A stretch of 64,000 bases of DNA, from assembly GCA_039586365.1 (NCBI GenBank), contig JBDHKN010000016.1, positions 1-64,000 on the forward strand, given 5' to 3'. Position 1 is the stretch's first letter. Each line of letters begins with the position of its first letter. Source of the stretch: Gemmatimonadota bacterium. GTDB lineage: Bacteria; Gemmatimonadota; Gemmatimonadetes; Gemmatimonadales; GWC2-71-9. The notes below the pieces were generated by a model, which saw nothing but the letters and a program-made list of their open reading frames with translations, was not told the origin of the DNA and made no database searches. Below are positions 29,586-40,030 of this stretch, piece by piece. The position numbers were made by a program, and so were the translations under genes.

Positions 29586-30365
29586 TTAGCGGTAGAACTC
29601 AGCGATCCTGGCCAGTGTCTCTTTCCGGCCCAGACGGCGGAGTGCTCCAGTCAATTCGAATGCGTCGAAGCGGTGTCCCGTGACTTCGCCTCTCAAGCTG
29701 GCGAGAAATACGAATGCCGGCGTGATCTCCATCGGGTCGGACCACTGCGTCCGTTCGCTCTCAGGCACGGTGGGGATCTGTTCCTCGGTTAGCGACGTCG
29801 GCTTGATCTTGAGACCAGGCGTCATCGTGTTCACGCTGACGGCGCTGGAGCGCAGCTCAAGGGCCAGGCACTGCGAGAACGCCTCTACTCCGTATTTGGC
29901 GGCGCAGTACGCTGCCTCTCCCTCGAAAGGCATTACACTCGAGCGTGAGGATACGCTTATCACCGCACCGCCTTCCCGTTGCAGCAGTGGCAGGAGATCA
30001 CGGGTGACGAGGAAGGGGGCCGTGAGCATCACTGCCAGGGTATGGGACCACTGCGACAGAGTGAGGTCCTCCACCCGCGTGGGCTGCAACACCGCAGCGT
30101 TATTCACTATCACCCGGAGCCGATCGGCGCCCTGTGTCACCGAACGAGCAAACGCAGCGCATGCGGTTGGCTCGGCGAGATCGGTCTCGATCGCTCGGGC
30201 ATCGCCACCGGCCGCTTCTATCAGGGCTGCCGTCTTCTCCAGCTCTGTCGGGTTCTCGGAGCAGATCCAAACTCGCGCGCCGTCGGCTGCGAGCGCCTGC
30301 GCGACGGCCCGTCCTAGGCCGCGTCCGGCACCGGTCACGACAGCGTCGGTCGGTTCGCTACTCAA
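29586..30365 (-). CDS. SDR family oxidoreductase
   Basis: TGAGRGLG, NNAA, YCAAK. Confidence 0.92.
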   Translation of the reverse strand: MSSEPTDAVVTGAGRGLGRAVAQALAADGARVWICSENPTELEKTAALIEAAGGDARAIETDLAEPTACAAFARSVTQGADRLRVIVNNAAVLQPTRVEDLTLSQWSHTLAVMLTAPFLVTRDLLPLLQREGGAVISVSSRSSVMPFEGEAAYCAAKYGVEAFSQCLALELRSSAVSVNTMTPGLKIKPTSLTEEQIPTVPESERTQWSDPMEITPAFVFLASLRGEVTGHRFDAFELTGALRRLGRKETLARIAEFYR

Positions 30366-30401
30366 GCTGTCCCACCGGGCTCTCCTTGTAGCGTGGTGGG
30401 T

Positions 30402-31565
30402 TCACATCCACGCCCTCACGATATAGGCACAGGCGAACCCCAGGTAGTTGCCGAGCGCGTAGCCCAGGATGCCGACGATCACTCCCGGTGTGATCAAGCG
30501 ATCCCACTTCATTGCCATCGATAGTGCCAGCGCTGAGCCGGGCCCTCCAATCGCTGCCTGGCTAGCCACCGAGACCGTCGGCAGGTCCAGCCGCGCAATC
30601 CAGCCAACACCATAAGTGATGAGCGCATGCACCGCGATGATGGCGATCATGAAGCCGAAGATGGGAAGGCCGGCCTCGAACACCTCCGCGATCACCGATG
30701 ACGCGCCCAGGACGATGAAGAACATGTGCAGAGCGAAGTACGATGCGACCTGGGCACCGCGGAGTCGCTGGATGATCGGTAGTTGGGCCAGCACGAGAGC
30801 GATCGTGGTGAGCCAGAGCACCTCGGGGATTCCCGGTACCACCTCGCCCAAACGGCGCGCCAGCCACAGCGTTGCCAGCGGCAATCCCGCGAGTATCGCC
30901 ATGTCGCTGATGCTGACCTGTGTAACGGTCCACTCGCGCCGCAGATCGAGAGCCGTGGCCGCTCCAGTGCCACGCTGCGCTGCTGTGTCGGTCGTCGCAC
31001 CTTGCCTTGCCCGTCGCGCGAACCCGGCGCCGAGTACTCCCACCAGCCCAACTTGTGCCAGCAGGTAGGGTACGGTCGACAGGTTGTCGGCGACGGCTCC
31101 GGCGGCGAACGTGCTCGCTGAGAGATCGAGGCCCTGTCCCACAGCGGCGAAGTTCATTCCGCCGCCCGCGAACGCTGCCGAGAAGGTCCCACTCAGCTTC
31201 CATGTTTCCGGCCCGACCCAGGTGGTCATGAGTACGCCGGAGGCGACTCCTCCCGCGAGGCTCGCGAACACAGCCAGTCCGTATGCCAGCAGGAGCGGGC
31301 GGCCCGCTTTCAGGATTTCCCTGAGGTTGGTGCCGATGATCACCAACACGATCGTGTACGGGATCGCGAACTCGAAGACCGCTTCACTGGTGGGGGAGGT
31401 AGCTGTAGTGGGAATCACTCCGGTATTCGCCAGGGCGATGCCGAGTAGCGTGCACACTACAGCGGAACTGATGCGCTCAACGAACTTGGAGTGTTGCTCC
31501 AAGAAGCGAGTGAACGCGACGATCGCGAACATGCACGCGAGAAGCAGCAGGGGATTGCTGATCAC
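30402..31565 (-). CDS. DUF819-family multi-pass membrane protein (putative transporter)
   Basis: About 10 hydrophobic segments; GGGMNFAAV, ASQAAIGGP, GYALGNYLG. Confidence 0.82.
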   Translation of the reverse strand: MISNPLLLLACMFAIVAFTRFLEQHSKFVERISSAVVCTLLGIALANTGVIPTTATSPTSEAVFEFAIPYTIVLVIIGTNLREILKAGRPLLLAYGLAVFASLAGGVASGVLMTTWVGPETWKLSGTFSAAFAGGGMNFAAVGQGLDLSASTFAAGAVADNLSTVPYLLAQVGLVGVLGAGFARRARQGATTDTAAQRGTGAATALDLRREWTVTQVSISDMAILAGLPLATLWLARRLGEVVPGIPEVLWLTTIALVLAQLPIIQRLRGAQVASYFALHMFFIVLGASSVIAEVFEAGLPIFGFMIAIIAVHALITYGVGWIARLDLPTVSVASQAAIGGPGSALALSMAMKWDRLITPGVIVGILGYALGNYLGFACAYIVRAWM

Positions 31566-32584
31566 AGTTCGACCAGATGGAGCGGCGGCTCGCCGCGAGC
31601 GACCCGCTCGATGTTTGCCATCATGTCGGTGACCATACCCTTCTGACCACCGCCGGTACCTCCGCCCACGTGCGGAGACAGCAGCACGTTGTCGAGTTTG
31701 AGCAAGGCATGTCCCGCCGGCAGCGGCTCATCGAGGAACACGTCGAGTCCGGCGCCTGCGATGCCGCGGTCGCGAAGGCATGCTGTCAGGGCGTCTTCGT
31801 CCACCAGCCCGCCGCGTGCGGTATTCACGAGGATCGCGGTGTCCTTCATCCGTGAGAGCGCCGCGCCGTCGATGAGTCGCTCTGTCTCCGCTGTATGCGG
31901 GGCATGGATGCTGACGACATCCGAATGCTCGAGCAGTTCGCTGAGGGGCGCGGACCGAACGCCCGCCATCTCCTCGTACTCCTTCGGCAGCGGCCGGCGT
32001 TTGGTGTAGAGCACATTCATGTCGAACGCGCGGGCGCGCCGGGCCACTTCCAGCCCGATGTCACCCAAACCGATGAGACCGATCGTCGATCCGTAGAGTT
32101 GCCGCAGGTCGGAGAAGCCAAGCCAGTTGAACGCGATCGTGCGTTCCGCCGTCCGGATCGGTTCAATGCCGAGTGTCCGGTAGTCGGCTCCGGCGGTTCC
32201 GGTATGGCCGGCTACCAGTTTTCGCATTAGCCCGAGCGTGAGGGCGAAGGTGTGTTCGGCAACGGCGATGGCACCTCGGTGCGGCATGAGCGAGACTGGA
32301 ACGCCGGCCGCACGAGCGGCCTCGTGATCGACGGCCCACGGCGCCCGTCCCTGCACCTGAATGAGCTGGAGGCCTGGCCCTGCGGCTCGAATGAGTGGCC
32401 CGGTAACCCGTCGCTGGTTGGTGACCAGTGCGGAGGCACCGCTCAGTGTATCGGGTGCTCCGTCATCGTCCAGGTCCTCGACCCAGGTGAGGTCGCAGCC
32501 CGACAGCGGGAGTGTCTTGGCGTAGATGTCCCGGATCCACTGCGGTGGCGGCTCGATGTGGAGAATGCGAAATGGATTTGTCAC
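31562..32584 (-). CDS. D-isomer-specific 2-hydroxyacid dehydrogenase
   Basis: GLGDIG, NTARG, LDVF..EP, SPHVGG. Confidence 0.9.
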   Translation of the reverse strand: MTNPFRILHIEPPPQWIRDIYAKTLPLSGCDLTWVEDLDDDGAPDTLSGASALVTNQRRVTGPLIRAAGPGLQLIQVQGRAPWAVDHEAARAAGVPVSLMPHRGAIAVAEHTFALTLGLMRKLVAGHTGTAGADYRTLGIEPIRTAERTIAFNWLGFSDLRQLYGSTIGLIGLGDIGLEVARRARAFDMNVLYTKRRPLPKEYEEMAGVRSAPLSELLEHSDVVSIHAPHTAETERLIDGAALSRMKDTAILVNTARGGLVDEDALTACLRDRGIAGAGLDVFLDEPLPAGHALLKLDNVLLSPHVGGGTGGGQKGMVTDMMANIERVARGEPPLHLVEL

Positions 32585-32765
32585 AGGGTCGACCCATGCT
32601 TGGTGACGGGTATCTCACGGGCCAACCTGCAGGCCTGTCACGTGATACGACGTGTGGGATTCAAAGCTCCCACTCCAAGTATACCCCTGGTAATCCGGCC
32701 GTCCAGCGGTTGTGACGGCGATCCGCGGTTACCCTATGACATATCCATCAAAGAATTCGCAGCGC

Positions 32766-33002
32766 CTAACCAGAATCCTTTGTGACCGATGCCCCGTACT
32801 TCATGTCCCGCAATTGCAGGGCGATGACGAAGACAAGTGCTACGGCGGCCAACTCCAGCAGCCGCGCGGGCGTGTACCCCCCCAAGAACACAAGGGTGAG
32901 TCCGATCATATTCGTGAGCTTCTCCCAAACAGCGAGACCACCCAGAACGAAGGCAGCAACGAACAGGAACCGACTAGCGACACTGGCAATCTGGTCTATC
33001 AC
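32766..33002 (-). CDS. Small two-TM membrane protein
   Basis: AAGGGG RBS then GTG; two hydrophobic helices. Confidence 0.6.
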   Translation of the reverse strand: MIDQIASVASRFLFVAAFVLGGLAVWEKLTNMIGLTLVFLGGYTPARLLELAAVALVFVIALQLRDMKYGASVTKDSG

Positions 33003-33012
33003 TGTTACCCCC

Positions 33013-33309
33013 TTAGCGTCGGCCAATAACTGCAACACTGTCCACAAGCCGGCGGGACTCGTGATGGTAGCCCACCAGACGGACTTCTCCTGCTTCGTTC
33101 TGGAACCACAACGTCGCAGCTGGCCAAGCGACATCCGCGGTCACCGAAATCAACTGTCCCCATTCCAACGGCACTGAGTTGGAGTACGGCATCTCCTCGA
33201 TCGTAACTGAAGGTCCTTCGCGTGGAGTCGTCTGGCGAAGTTCGCTGCAGGACACAGCAGAAAGAACCAGAGCTGCTACGAGGAGGTACCCTCCTATCCG
33301 GCACAGCAT
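33013..33309 (-). CDS. Small hypothetical lipoprotein
   Basis: AAGGAGA RBS; signal peptide ending AVSC. Confidence 0.6.
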   Translation of the reverse strand: MLCRIGGYLLVAALVLSAVSCSELRQTTPREGPSVTIEEMPYSNSVPLEWGQLISVTADVAWPAATLWFQNEAGEVRLVGYHHESRRLVDSVAVIGRR

Positions 33310-33599
33310 AGAGTCTCCTTTCACCTAGAGTCGTGCCCGGCTTCTGGGCAACGGTGTTCCTTGCGGTCTCGTCGTCGGGCGGGCGTCCAACGGGGCGTCT
33401 GTCAGGCGGCGGGGCGCAAAAGGCCACCGGCGTGTTGGTCCGCACGCGCTGTGGCCGTGAGGGCAGATACTAGTATGAGGTGTAGTGCAGGTGTCGGCTA
33501 GAGTGGAGACGACACGGTCTGATGCCGCGAGGTTTGCCACGGTGCAGGCTCGCTTCCGGTCGCCGGCTGTCAATGTCTCTTCTGGTCTCCCTGTCCGTC

Positions 33600-34352
33600 T
33601 CACCCCATCAGCTCGCGGAACAATCTCGATCCCCTGCGACTCGCCACCAACTTGCCGCCGTCGTCCAGCTGGAAGATGAGCCTGCGCTCGTCGTAGCGTT
33701 TTATCATGGTCACGTGCGCGACGCTCACGATGTGGCTCCTGTGCACCCGCACGAACTCCCTGGGATCGAGACGTTCCTGCAGTTCGCCGATGGTCGCAGA
33801 AGCGGAGTAGGTCCCTTTGTGCGTGACCAGTTTCACTCCGCCCGCAGTCGCGTCTATGCGGAGGATCTCGGTTGTGGGTACGGGGATTACTCCCCCGCGG
33901 TGCCGTGCAAAGAGTCGGGCAGGATAGCGTCCGGTCCGGGGTGCTTTCTGCTCCTCTCCGCCAAGCCTCTCACCTAGCAGGCGCACGCGAACCCGGTCGA
34001 GTGTAGCGTGAAGCCGTTCTCTGCCGAACGGCTTCACGAGATAATCCACCGCCCCGAACTCGAATGCCGCAACGGCGTACTCATCGAAAGCTGTTGTGAA
34101 GACGATCGCGGGCTGGTACGTCAAAGCCTCGAGAACCTGGAGGCCCGTGAGCCCGGGCATGCGTACGTCGAGGAAGATCAAATCCGGCTCCAACTTGTGG
34201 ATGAGGCGGATAGCTTCGGGCCCGGTTTTGGCTTCCCCGACCACCTGAATCCAATCGATATCACTGAGGTATTCGCGCAAGGCTCTCGTGGCCAACGGCT
34301 CGTCCTCGCAGATGAGGGCGCTGACCGGCCCGAAAGGATGCCCTGCGGTCAT
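33600..34352 (-). CDS. LytTR-family response regulator
   Basis: REC domain (EDE, FLDVRMP, DYLVKP); FVRVHRSHIV, VASRR. Confidence 0.92.
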   Translation of the reverse strand: MTAGHPFGPVSALICEDEPLATRALREYLSDIDWIQVVGEAKTGPEAIRLIHKLEPDLIFLDVRMPGLTGLQVLEALTYQPAIVFTTAFDEYAVAAFEFGAVDYLVKPFGRERLHATLDRVRVRLLGERLGGEEQKAPRTGRYPARLFARHRGGVIPVPTTEILRIDATAGGVKLVTHKGTYSASATIGELQERLDPREFVRVHRSHIVSVAHVTMIKRYDERRLIFQLDDGGKLVASRRGSRLFRELMG

Positions 34353-35566
34353 CTGTTCCTCCCGGGTTCCGCGTCCGTATCTACCACTTGGCCCGTCGCG
34401 GGTTCGGGGGCCGGGGTCGCCGGTAGTTCGAGGCGAACCGAGAACCCTTCATCGGGGGCCGTGTGCCAGGACAGGGACGCGGCAGAACCATAGAGGGCAG
34501 CCAGTCGCTGTCCCAAGACACTCAAACCTCGTCCTTCCTCCCGCGTCACGTCGCTAGGATTGGCTCCCACTCCGTCGTCTGCGACCGACAGGACGAGCCG
34601 CTCATCGCTGAGGCGAAGTCGGATCCTGACAGTCCCGCCCTCCGGCTTCGGGGACAGGCCGTGTTTGATTGCGTTCTCCAGCAGGGTCTGGAGCGAGAAG
34701 GACGGTACGGCGAACCGGCCCACGTCCGCGGCTACATCCCACTCTACCTCGAGCCGCTCGGCCAAGCGCAGGTTCTCGAGCGCCAGGTACTTCTCGGCCA
34801 TCTCTACCTCCCGACTGAGAGGAACCGTATCCCGGCCGCTCCGATCCAGCAGCGAGGCGTAACGAATCAAGGCGGCGACGTCCTCAATGGCCCGCTCCGC
34901 CGCCTTTGGATCTGCTCGCACCAGCAGCATGAGAGAGTGAAGGGTGTTGAACACGAAGTGCGGGTTGAACTGTGCTCGCAGCACTTTGGCTTCCGCCTGG
35001 GCCCGCAACACTGCCTCACGGGCCGCGATTGCTCGACTCTCCTGCACTCGATTGATCGATTCCGTCCACATCAGGAAGCCCGCCAGAACGCTGTACAGCA
35101 GAAGGTATGAGACGGACAGGAAACCAACCAGCACGGTCGGTCTGGCACTCCACAGTGTGTCAGGGGGTGTGACCGCCAGCCTGAGCAATCCGGCGGAGAC
35201 TGCGGCTGACAGAACGGCGTAGGCCACTCCCAGGACGAGGAGAATACCGGCCGTCTTTAACAGGGAGGCCTCGGGACGGAGCAGATCGCGGCGCCGCCAC
35301 GCGACCAGGTAACCAAGCGCCACGGGCGCGATAGTGCATAGGAACCGGGGAAGCAACGACTCGTTGTCGAAGCCCGCGGGCAACACCAGAATCGCAACGT
35401 AGGCGAGCGAACCTGCGGCAAAGAGAAGCCAGAAACTCCGATCGCTGACTGGCTTCTCGATGGTTTCGGCCCCAAACGACGGGGCCCTCGCCTTGTTGTC
35501 ACTGCGGGATGTCACGGCACCTCCAAGGTTTCTAGTGACCTGGGCTGCCGCCGCCTGCTCTACCAC
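34349..35566 (-). CDS. LytS/YehU-type sensor histidine kinase
   Basis: Four TM segments; LRAQFNPHFVFNTL, LLENAIKHG. Confidence 0.92.
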   Translation of the reverse strand: MVEQAAAAQVTRNLGGAVTSRSDNKARAPSFGAETIEKPVSDRSFWLLFAAGSLAYVAILVLPAGFDNESLLPRFLCTIAPVALGYLVAWRRRDLLRPEASLLKTAGILLVLGVAYAVLSAAVSAGLLRLAVTPPDTLWSARPTVLVGFLSVSYLLLYSVLAGFLMWTESINRVQESRAIAAREAVLRAQAEAKVLRAQFNPHFVFNTLHSLMLLVRADPKAAERAIEDVAALIRYASLLDRSGRDTVPLSREVEMAEKYLALENLRLAERLEVEWDVAADVGRFAVPSFSLQTLLENAIKHGLSPKPEGGTVRIRLRLSDERLVLSVADDGVGANPSDVTREEGRGLSVLGQRLAALYGSAASLSWHTAPDEGFSVRLELPATPAPEPATGQVVDTDAEPGRNR

Positions 35567-35584
35567 TCACAAAGTTGCCTAACA

Positions 35585-36280
35585 TCACCGCGGAAGCCTA
35601 GGAAGCGGAGCGCGCCGGTCACGCTGCTGTGCCAGAGACTCCGCCCGTCGCTTGATCCCGAGCATCGATTTGCGCATGGGGAAGATCTCGCCGAGGTCCA
35701 CAAATAGCCGGGTCAGAATGCCCTGAGGGCGGCCTCGCAGCCTCGTCACCAAACGCGTCTCACCAGGACCCACCGGGTAGAGACCCCACGCCCAGGTTGC
35801 CTCCGCCCAGTCAGGAAATACCAGCAACATCGAGCGGTTGGTCTCCAAAACCGCTACTGTAACAAAGAAGCCGGGGCCAATCGGTATACTGTCCCCAACC
35901 TGCAGCCCCTGGTATTGCGGGATGACATGCTCGGCGCTGGGAATGCCGTCGTTGTCCAGTCTGTCGTAGCTGTACAGGCCGGCTCTTAGATAGCCGATCT
36001 GAACCAGCCAGGGCCAGATATCCTCCGGGCCGGCAGTGACGGTTACCGCGCGAGTGGCGTCGAATGTCGCCGCTTGGATGATGGAATCCCCGGGCATCGC
36101 ACGGGCGATCTCGGCAGCGGTAGCACCCCAGTGCAGGGCCCAGGGACGATATACGAACCAGGTCAAGCCGCTGCCAAGGATGACGAGCAGCACCGAGGCG
36201 AGCAACGCGAGCAGGACCTTGCCTCCGACAGACGTTGCAGATCGCTCGGCGTGGCGCTTCGCTCCGGCGCTACGGGCCAC
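35585..36280 (-). CDS. SRPBCC-like membrane-anchored protein; start uncertain
   Basis: WGAT..E..MPGD, IWPWLVQIG..RAGLYSYD, MLGIKRRAE. Confidence 0.7.
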   Translation of the reverse strand: MARSAGAKRHAERSATSVGGKVLLALLASVLLVILGSGLTWFVYRPWALHWGATAAEIARAMPGDSIIQAATFDATRAVTVTAGPEDIWPWLVQIGYLRAGLYSYDRLDNDGIPSAEHVIPQYQGLQVGDSIPIGPGFFVTVAVLETNRSMLLVFPDWAEATWAWGLYPVGPGETRLVTRLRGRPQGILTRLFVDLGEIFPMRKSMLGIKRRAESLAQQRDRRAPLPRLPR

Positions 36281-37337
36281 CTGTGGAGCGTGCAAGCCGG
36301 AAGCCGCTCGCGTTGCAGCGGTTGTGCGACTGCCAGGAGAACCGTTTCGCAACGCGCATCTCGAACGCATCCCCGCCCCAGCGCCCACCCCGTATCACCC
36401 TGGTTGTCCCGGAGCCTTGGTGTGGATTGGACGCGGCGTTAGCCGTGTACGGCGCCCGGTAGTCGCTCACCCATTCCCAGGCATTCCCTGCCATGTCATA
36501 CAGCCCCAAGGCGTTGGGGGGATAGCTCAGCACGGAGGTAGGGCTCCTCCGGACAGGCCCGTGGACCTGGTAGTCGTATTCGTCCCCACTGGCGTCGAAT
36601 GCCGCCCGCTCCGGGTCAGCGATGTCCCGGCCGTTGCCGAACCGTGCGGCACCGCCCCGCTCCCGAGCGGCGAACTCCCACTCAGCCTCCGTGGGAAGCC
36701 GGTACCCCATCACCTCTGTGATATTGTTTGTCGGCCGCCCCTCAGCATTGAGCAAGGACTCTGTTGTGAGGTCGTAAGCCTCGGGAAGCCCATCCGATCT
36801 GCTCACCCAGTTTGCGTAGGCCGCAGCGTCGTCCCAGGAGAGACACACGACCGGGTAGTCCTCCGCTTGCTTAAACCCGGGAGTTCTCCAGTCGAGGTGA
36901 TCACCCCAATCAAAGCCTCGCTGATCGGGATCCCACCGCCCGCACCCGCCGTGCCGTAGCACCTCGTCGTACAGTGCAATCCGCAGCGCGGGCGTCGCGC
37001 CCGGGTCCGACGCCCGTGCCATGAGGCTGTCTCTCACAGCCGAATCAACGGGGCTCTCCGCGGAGGTCCTGTACCCGGTCTCGGACACGAACCTCGCGTA
37101 CTGCGCCACCGTGACTTCAGCCTCGCCCAGCAAGACGTCGGCCACCGTCACCTCGTGGAGCGGGAGTTCGTCCGCGACCCCCTCCCCGAATGCGTCACCC
37201 ATCGTGAACGAACCTCCCGGGACGAAGACCAGGCGAGAGCCCTCGGGGGCAACGATGACCTGGCCTTGCTTCCAGGTAGAGCACGCCCAGCTGCTGAGCA
37301 GGAAGAACACACCCAGTAACGTTCCGGTCCGCTTCAT
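36270..37337 (-). CDS. FGE-sulfatase (SUMF1) domain lipoprotein
   Basis: Lipobox SWAC; YRLPTEAEWEFAAR, GLYDMAGNAWEW, GFRLA; no FGE catalytic Cys pair. Confidence 0.88.
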   Translation of the reverse strand: MKRTGTLLGVFFLLSSWACSTWKQGQVIVAPEGSRLVFVPGGSFTMGDAFGEGVADELPLHEVTVADVLLGEAEVTVAQYARFVSETGYRTSAESPVDSAVRDSLMARASDPGATPALRIALYDEVLRHGGCGRWDPDQRGFDWGDHLDWRTPGFKQAEDYPVVCLSWDDAAAYANWVSRSDGLPEAYDLTTESLLNAEGRPTNNITEVMGYRLPTEAEWEFAARERGGAARFGNGRDIADPERAAFDASGDEYDYQVHGPVRRSPTSVLSYPPNALGLYDMAGNAWEWVSDYRAPYTANAASNPHQGSGTTRVIRGGRWGGDAFEMRVAKRFSWQSHNRCNASGFRLARSTGGP

Positions 37338-37666
37338 CGGTTTCACCTCCACGGGTCTGGTTGAGCCGCAGGCGTGGTATGCGAGTGAAGCTTGGGGAGT
37401 GGGAACAGCTGGGCAAAGGCTTCAAGGGCGGGCGATCCCGCTTGGGGATCTAGCGGGCCGCATGCCGGGGTGAATGGCGCAGCGCCCACTAGTCGGCTGT
37501 CGGTACCAGGCTGCTTCCTGTGACGATCAAGACCACTACTCGTCGAGTGCTCGGGTCTTGTGCATCGGCCCCCTCGACGCAGTGAAACCCTGCTGCGGAC
37601 TCAACTCGACGGACTCGCTAGATCGGCATATGGCGTGAGTGGAGTCCGGCGGATCCGGAGCGAACT

Positions 37667-39238
37667 CTAGCGTTGATGCGCGGATGTCAGTCTGGCTACC
37701 TCTTGCGCCAGTTCATCCGCCATGGCCCGGACCTGTGATCGCCGTTTACCTGCCAGCCTCTTGATGAACGAGCGAGCGAGGCCGAACGAGCCGGCACACA
37801 CCGCAGCCACCGTGAGAACGCCGACACCAACGCCGAATGAATCGGAAACCAGGAGGGCACCCAGCAATGTTGGCGCGACCATAGCAGCGGTGGTCATCGC
37901 ATATGTGAGTTGTGCAACAGGCTGCAACCGCTCCCGGACCACAATCCGCGTCCGCCCATCGTGCGGTGTGACCGTCACGTGAGTGTCGCGAACCTGGCTG
38001 GGACCGCGGCTGCGGTCCAAGTGCCAGAAAGTATGGCCGGTTGTCGATTCCCATTCCAGCGACGAGCTCAGCGTGCTGGTATTGCCGACGTACCCCACGA
38101 GATCACGCAGCTTCTCGACCAATACCGGATGGTCTCGCGCGGACACTTCACCCACCACCGTGCGTTCAACCGTCAGAACCTCCGGTGCACCATGGACGAG
38201 AGACTCGTTGACGGAACGCTCTGATTCACTCAGGATCCGGGCGGCCTCACGCACGTGTCCGGATGGAATGCCTACCTCGGCCGCGATCTCCCGCACGCTT
38301 CCCAGGGACATCGATCCTGTTTCGCTGGGCCGCTGCAGTTCCAGTTCGGCTGCGCGTTGCACGATCCGCCGGACGTCCGTGTCCGCGTATTGCTGGGCAT
38401 GGCCCACGGGACGCACGAGGGCGGCAGCAAAGGCATCAGGCGTTTCGAAGCGATCCGTGGGCCGCAGTGCCAGTGCACGAGTCAACGCCAGTTCGATCAG
38501 CGCGGGGAGCGCTGCGAGTTTCTCCCGATGGGCAGCGGGCGCATCTACGAATCGCCCGCGAAACACCGACTCCTCGGACGGCCAAGCACCGGGCACATCA
38601 CCTACGACCATCTCGTAGAAGGCACAGGCCAGGCTGAACAAGTCGGTGCTGCCGTTCAGCTCCGTGCTGCCGGCCGCTTGTTCCGGACTCATGTATCCAG
38701 CGGTGCCGAGCGGGAAGCCGGACCGTGTAAGCTCGCCGCGACTCGCGACGCTCAGAGCTTTGGCAATCCCAAAGTCAGCGACGACAGCGTGCCCCTCTGC
38801 CAGCAGGATGTTCTCCGGTTTCACATCACGATGGACGATGCCTTGCCTATGCGCGTAGGTCAGTGCCTCGGCTACCTCGCCCACGATCTCCAGCGCCGCA
38901 GATAGCTCGATGGTCTTCTCCCGATTGAGCCGGGTGCGCAAGGACCCGCCGCTCACGAATGGCATGACGTAGTAGAGCAAGCCATCGGCTTCACCCGAGT
39001 CGTGGAGCGGTAGGATGTGCGGGTGGGTGAGACGCGCCACGATCTCGATCTCACGCAGGAACCGCTCGGGGCCGAGTGCCGCGGCGAGCTCCGGGTTGAG
39101 GACCTTCACTGCCACCTGGCGCCCGTGCTTGACATCCTGAGCCAGGTAGACCGCGGCCATCCCGCCGCGGCCCAGCATGCTTTCTACTGTGTAGCGGCCA
39201 GTGAGTGCGGCCGCCAGACGGTCGGCGGAGTCGTCCAA
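37667..39238 (-). CDS. Ser/Thr protein kinase with C-terminal two-TM domain
   Basis: GRGGMA, VAVK, HRDVKPEN, DFG, YMSPE. Confidence 0.93.
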   Translation of the reverse strand: MDDSADRLAAALTGRYTVESMLGRGGMAAVYLAQDVKHGRQVAVKVLNPELAAALGPERFLREIEIVARLTHPHILPLHDSGEADGLLYYVMPFVSGGSLRTRLNREKTIELSAALEIVGEVAEALTYAHRQGIVHRDVKPENILLAEGHAVVADFGIAKALSVASRGELTRSGFPLGTAGYMSPEQAAGSTELNGSTDLFSLACAFYEMVVGDVPGAWPSEESVFRGRFVDAPAAHREKLAALPALIELALTRALALRPTDRFETPDAFAAALVRPVGHAQQYADTDVRRIVQRAAELELQRPSETGSMSLGSVREIAAEVGIPSGHVREAARILSESERSVNESLVHGAPEVLTVERTVVGEVSARDHPVLVEKLRDLVGYVGNTSTLSSSLEWESTTGHTFWHLDRSRGPSQVRDTHVTVTPHDGRTRIVVRERLQPVAQLTYAMTTAAMVAPTLLGALLVSDSFGVGVGVLTVAAVCAGSFGLARSFIKRLAGKRRSQVRAMADELAQEVARLTSAHQR

Positions 39239-39581
39239 TGCAGTTACCCGTCAGTAAAATACATATGTAACATACGTATCGTGGTCTGTGCTCGCCAGAC
39301 GCCAGCGAGCTCCGCAAACAAAGATGCCGACCTAGCAAAGTCGGAGGGGTCAAATCGCGGCCGACGCCGCTCCCAGTTCGAAGCTCGGCCTAAGTGCAGT
39401 CCAGCCCAAGTTGGGGTCCATCAGCTCGCCCATGAACGGGATCGTGTCCGACGACCGAGCCACCATTGCAGACCGGCAACCGACGCCGTCCACCAGGCTG
39501 GGTGAGCTCCGGGAGCGGCGGGTTGCTGTGCGCACGACGATCATCGGCCAGGTGTATATTCTGTCCCTGCGTAGAAGAGAT

Positions 39582-39974
39582 GTGGAGGACGAACTCAAAG
39601 CCTGCTTTTGCGAGATGCAGATACCGGACTTGGTTGCTGCGTATCTATTCGGGAGCGTCGCACGGGAGGAGGGTCGAGCGGACTCCGATGTCGATGTGGC
39701 GGTTCTGTTTGCGACATCGCCTGCCAAAACGATTGCTCACCCGTCGGTCAGTCTCTCGCTGGATCTCGAGGCAAGGATGCGGCACCCTGTGCAGGTCGTT
39801 GTCCTGAACGAGGCACCGCCCGATCTCGTTCACCGCGTACTGCGTGATGGACGCCTGGTTGTCGACAGCAACCCGTCGCTCCGCATACGATTCGAGGTGC
39901 GGGTGCGCAACGAGTATTTCGACCTACTCCCCGTTCTACGACGGTACCGCAAGCTCGAAGGCCGGCCGACATGA
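39582..39974 (+). CDS. mntA: MntA-type minimal nucleotidyltransferase antitoxin
   Basis: YLFGSVAR..SDVDVAV motif; coupled to a HepT-like start. Confidence 0.85.
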   Translation: MEDELKACFCEMQIPDLVAAYLFGSVAREEGRADSDVDVAVLFATSPAKTIAHPSVSLSLDLEARMRHPVQVVVLNEAPPDLVHRVLRDGRLVVDSNPSLRIRFEVRVRNEYFDLLPVLRRYRKLEGRPT

Positions 39975-40030
39975 CCGATCCGGAACTGATTGCGAAGAGA
40001 CTGGCGGAGATAGAAACCGCAGTCAAGTCC
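39971..40030 (+). pseudogene. Truncated HepT/DUF86 (HEPN) toxin
   Basis: ATGA overlap; MTDPELIAKRLAEIETAV resembles DUF86 N-termini; no RxxxxH motif follows. Confidence 0.6.

Noticed and set aside
39260..39279. Palindromes TACATATGTA and ATACGTAT as operators
   Set aside because: Short, and no cognate regulator can be assigned
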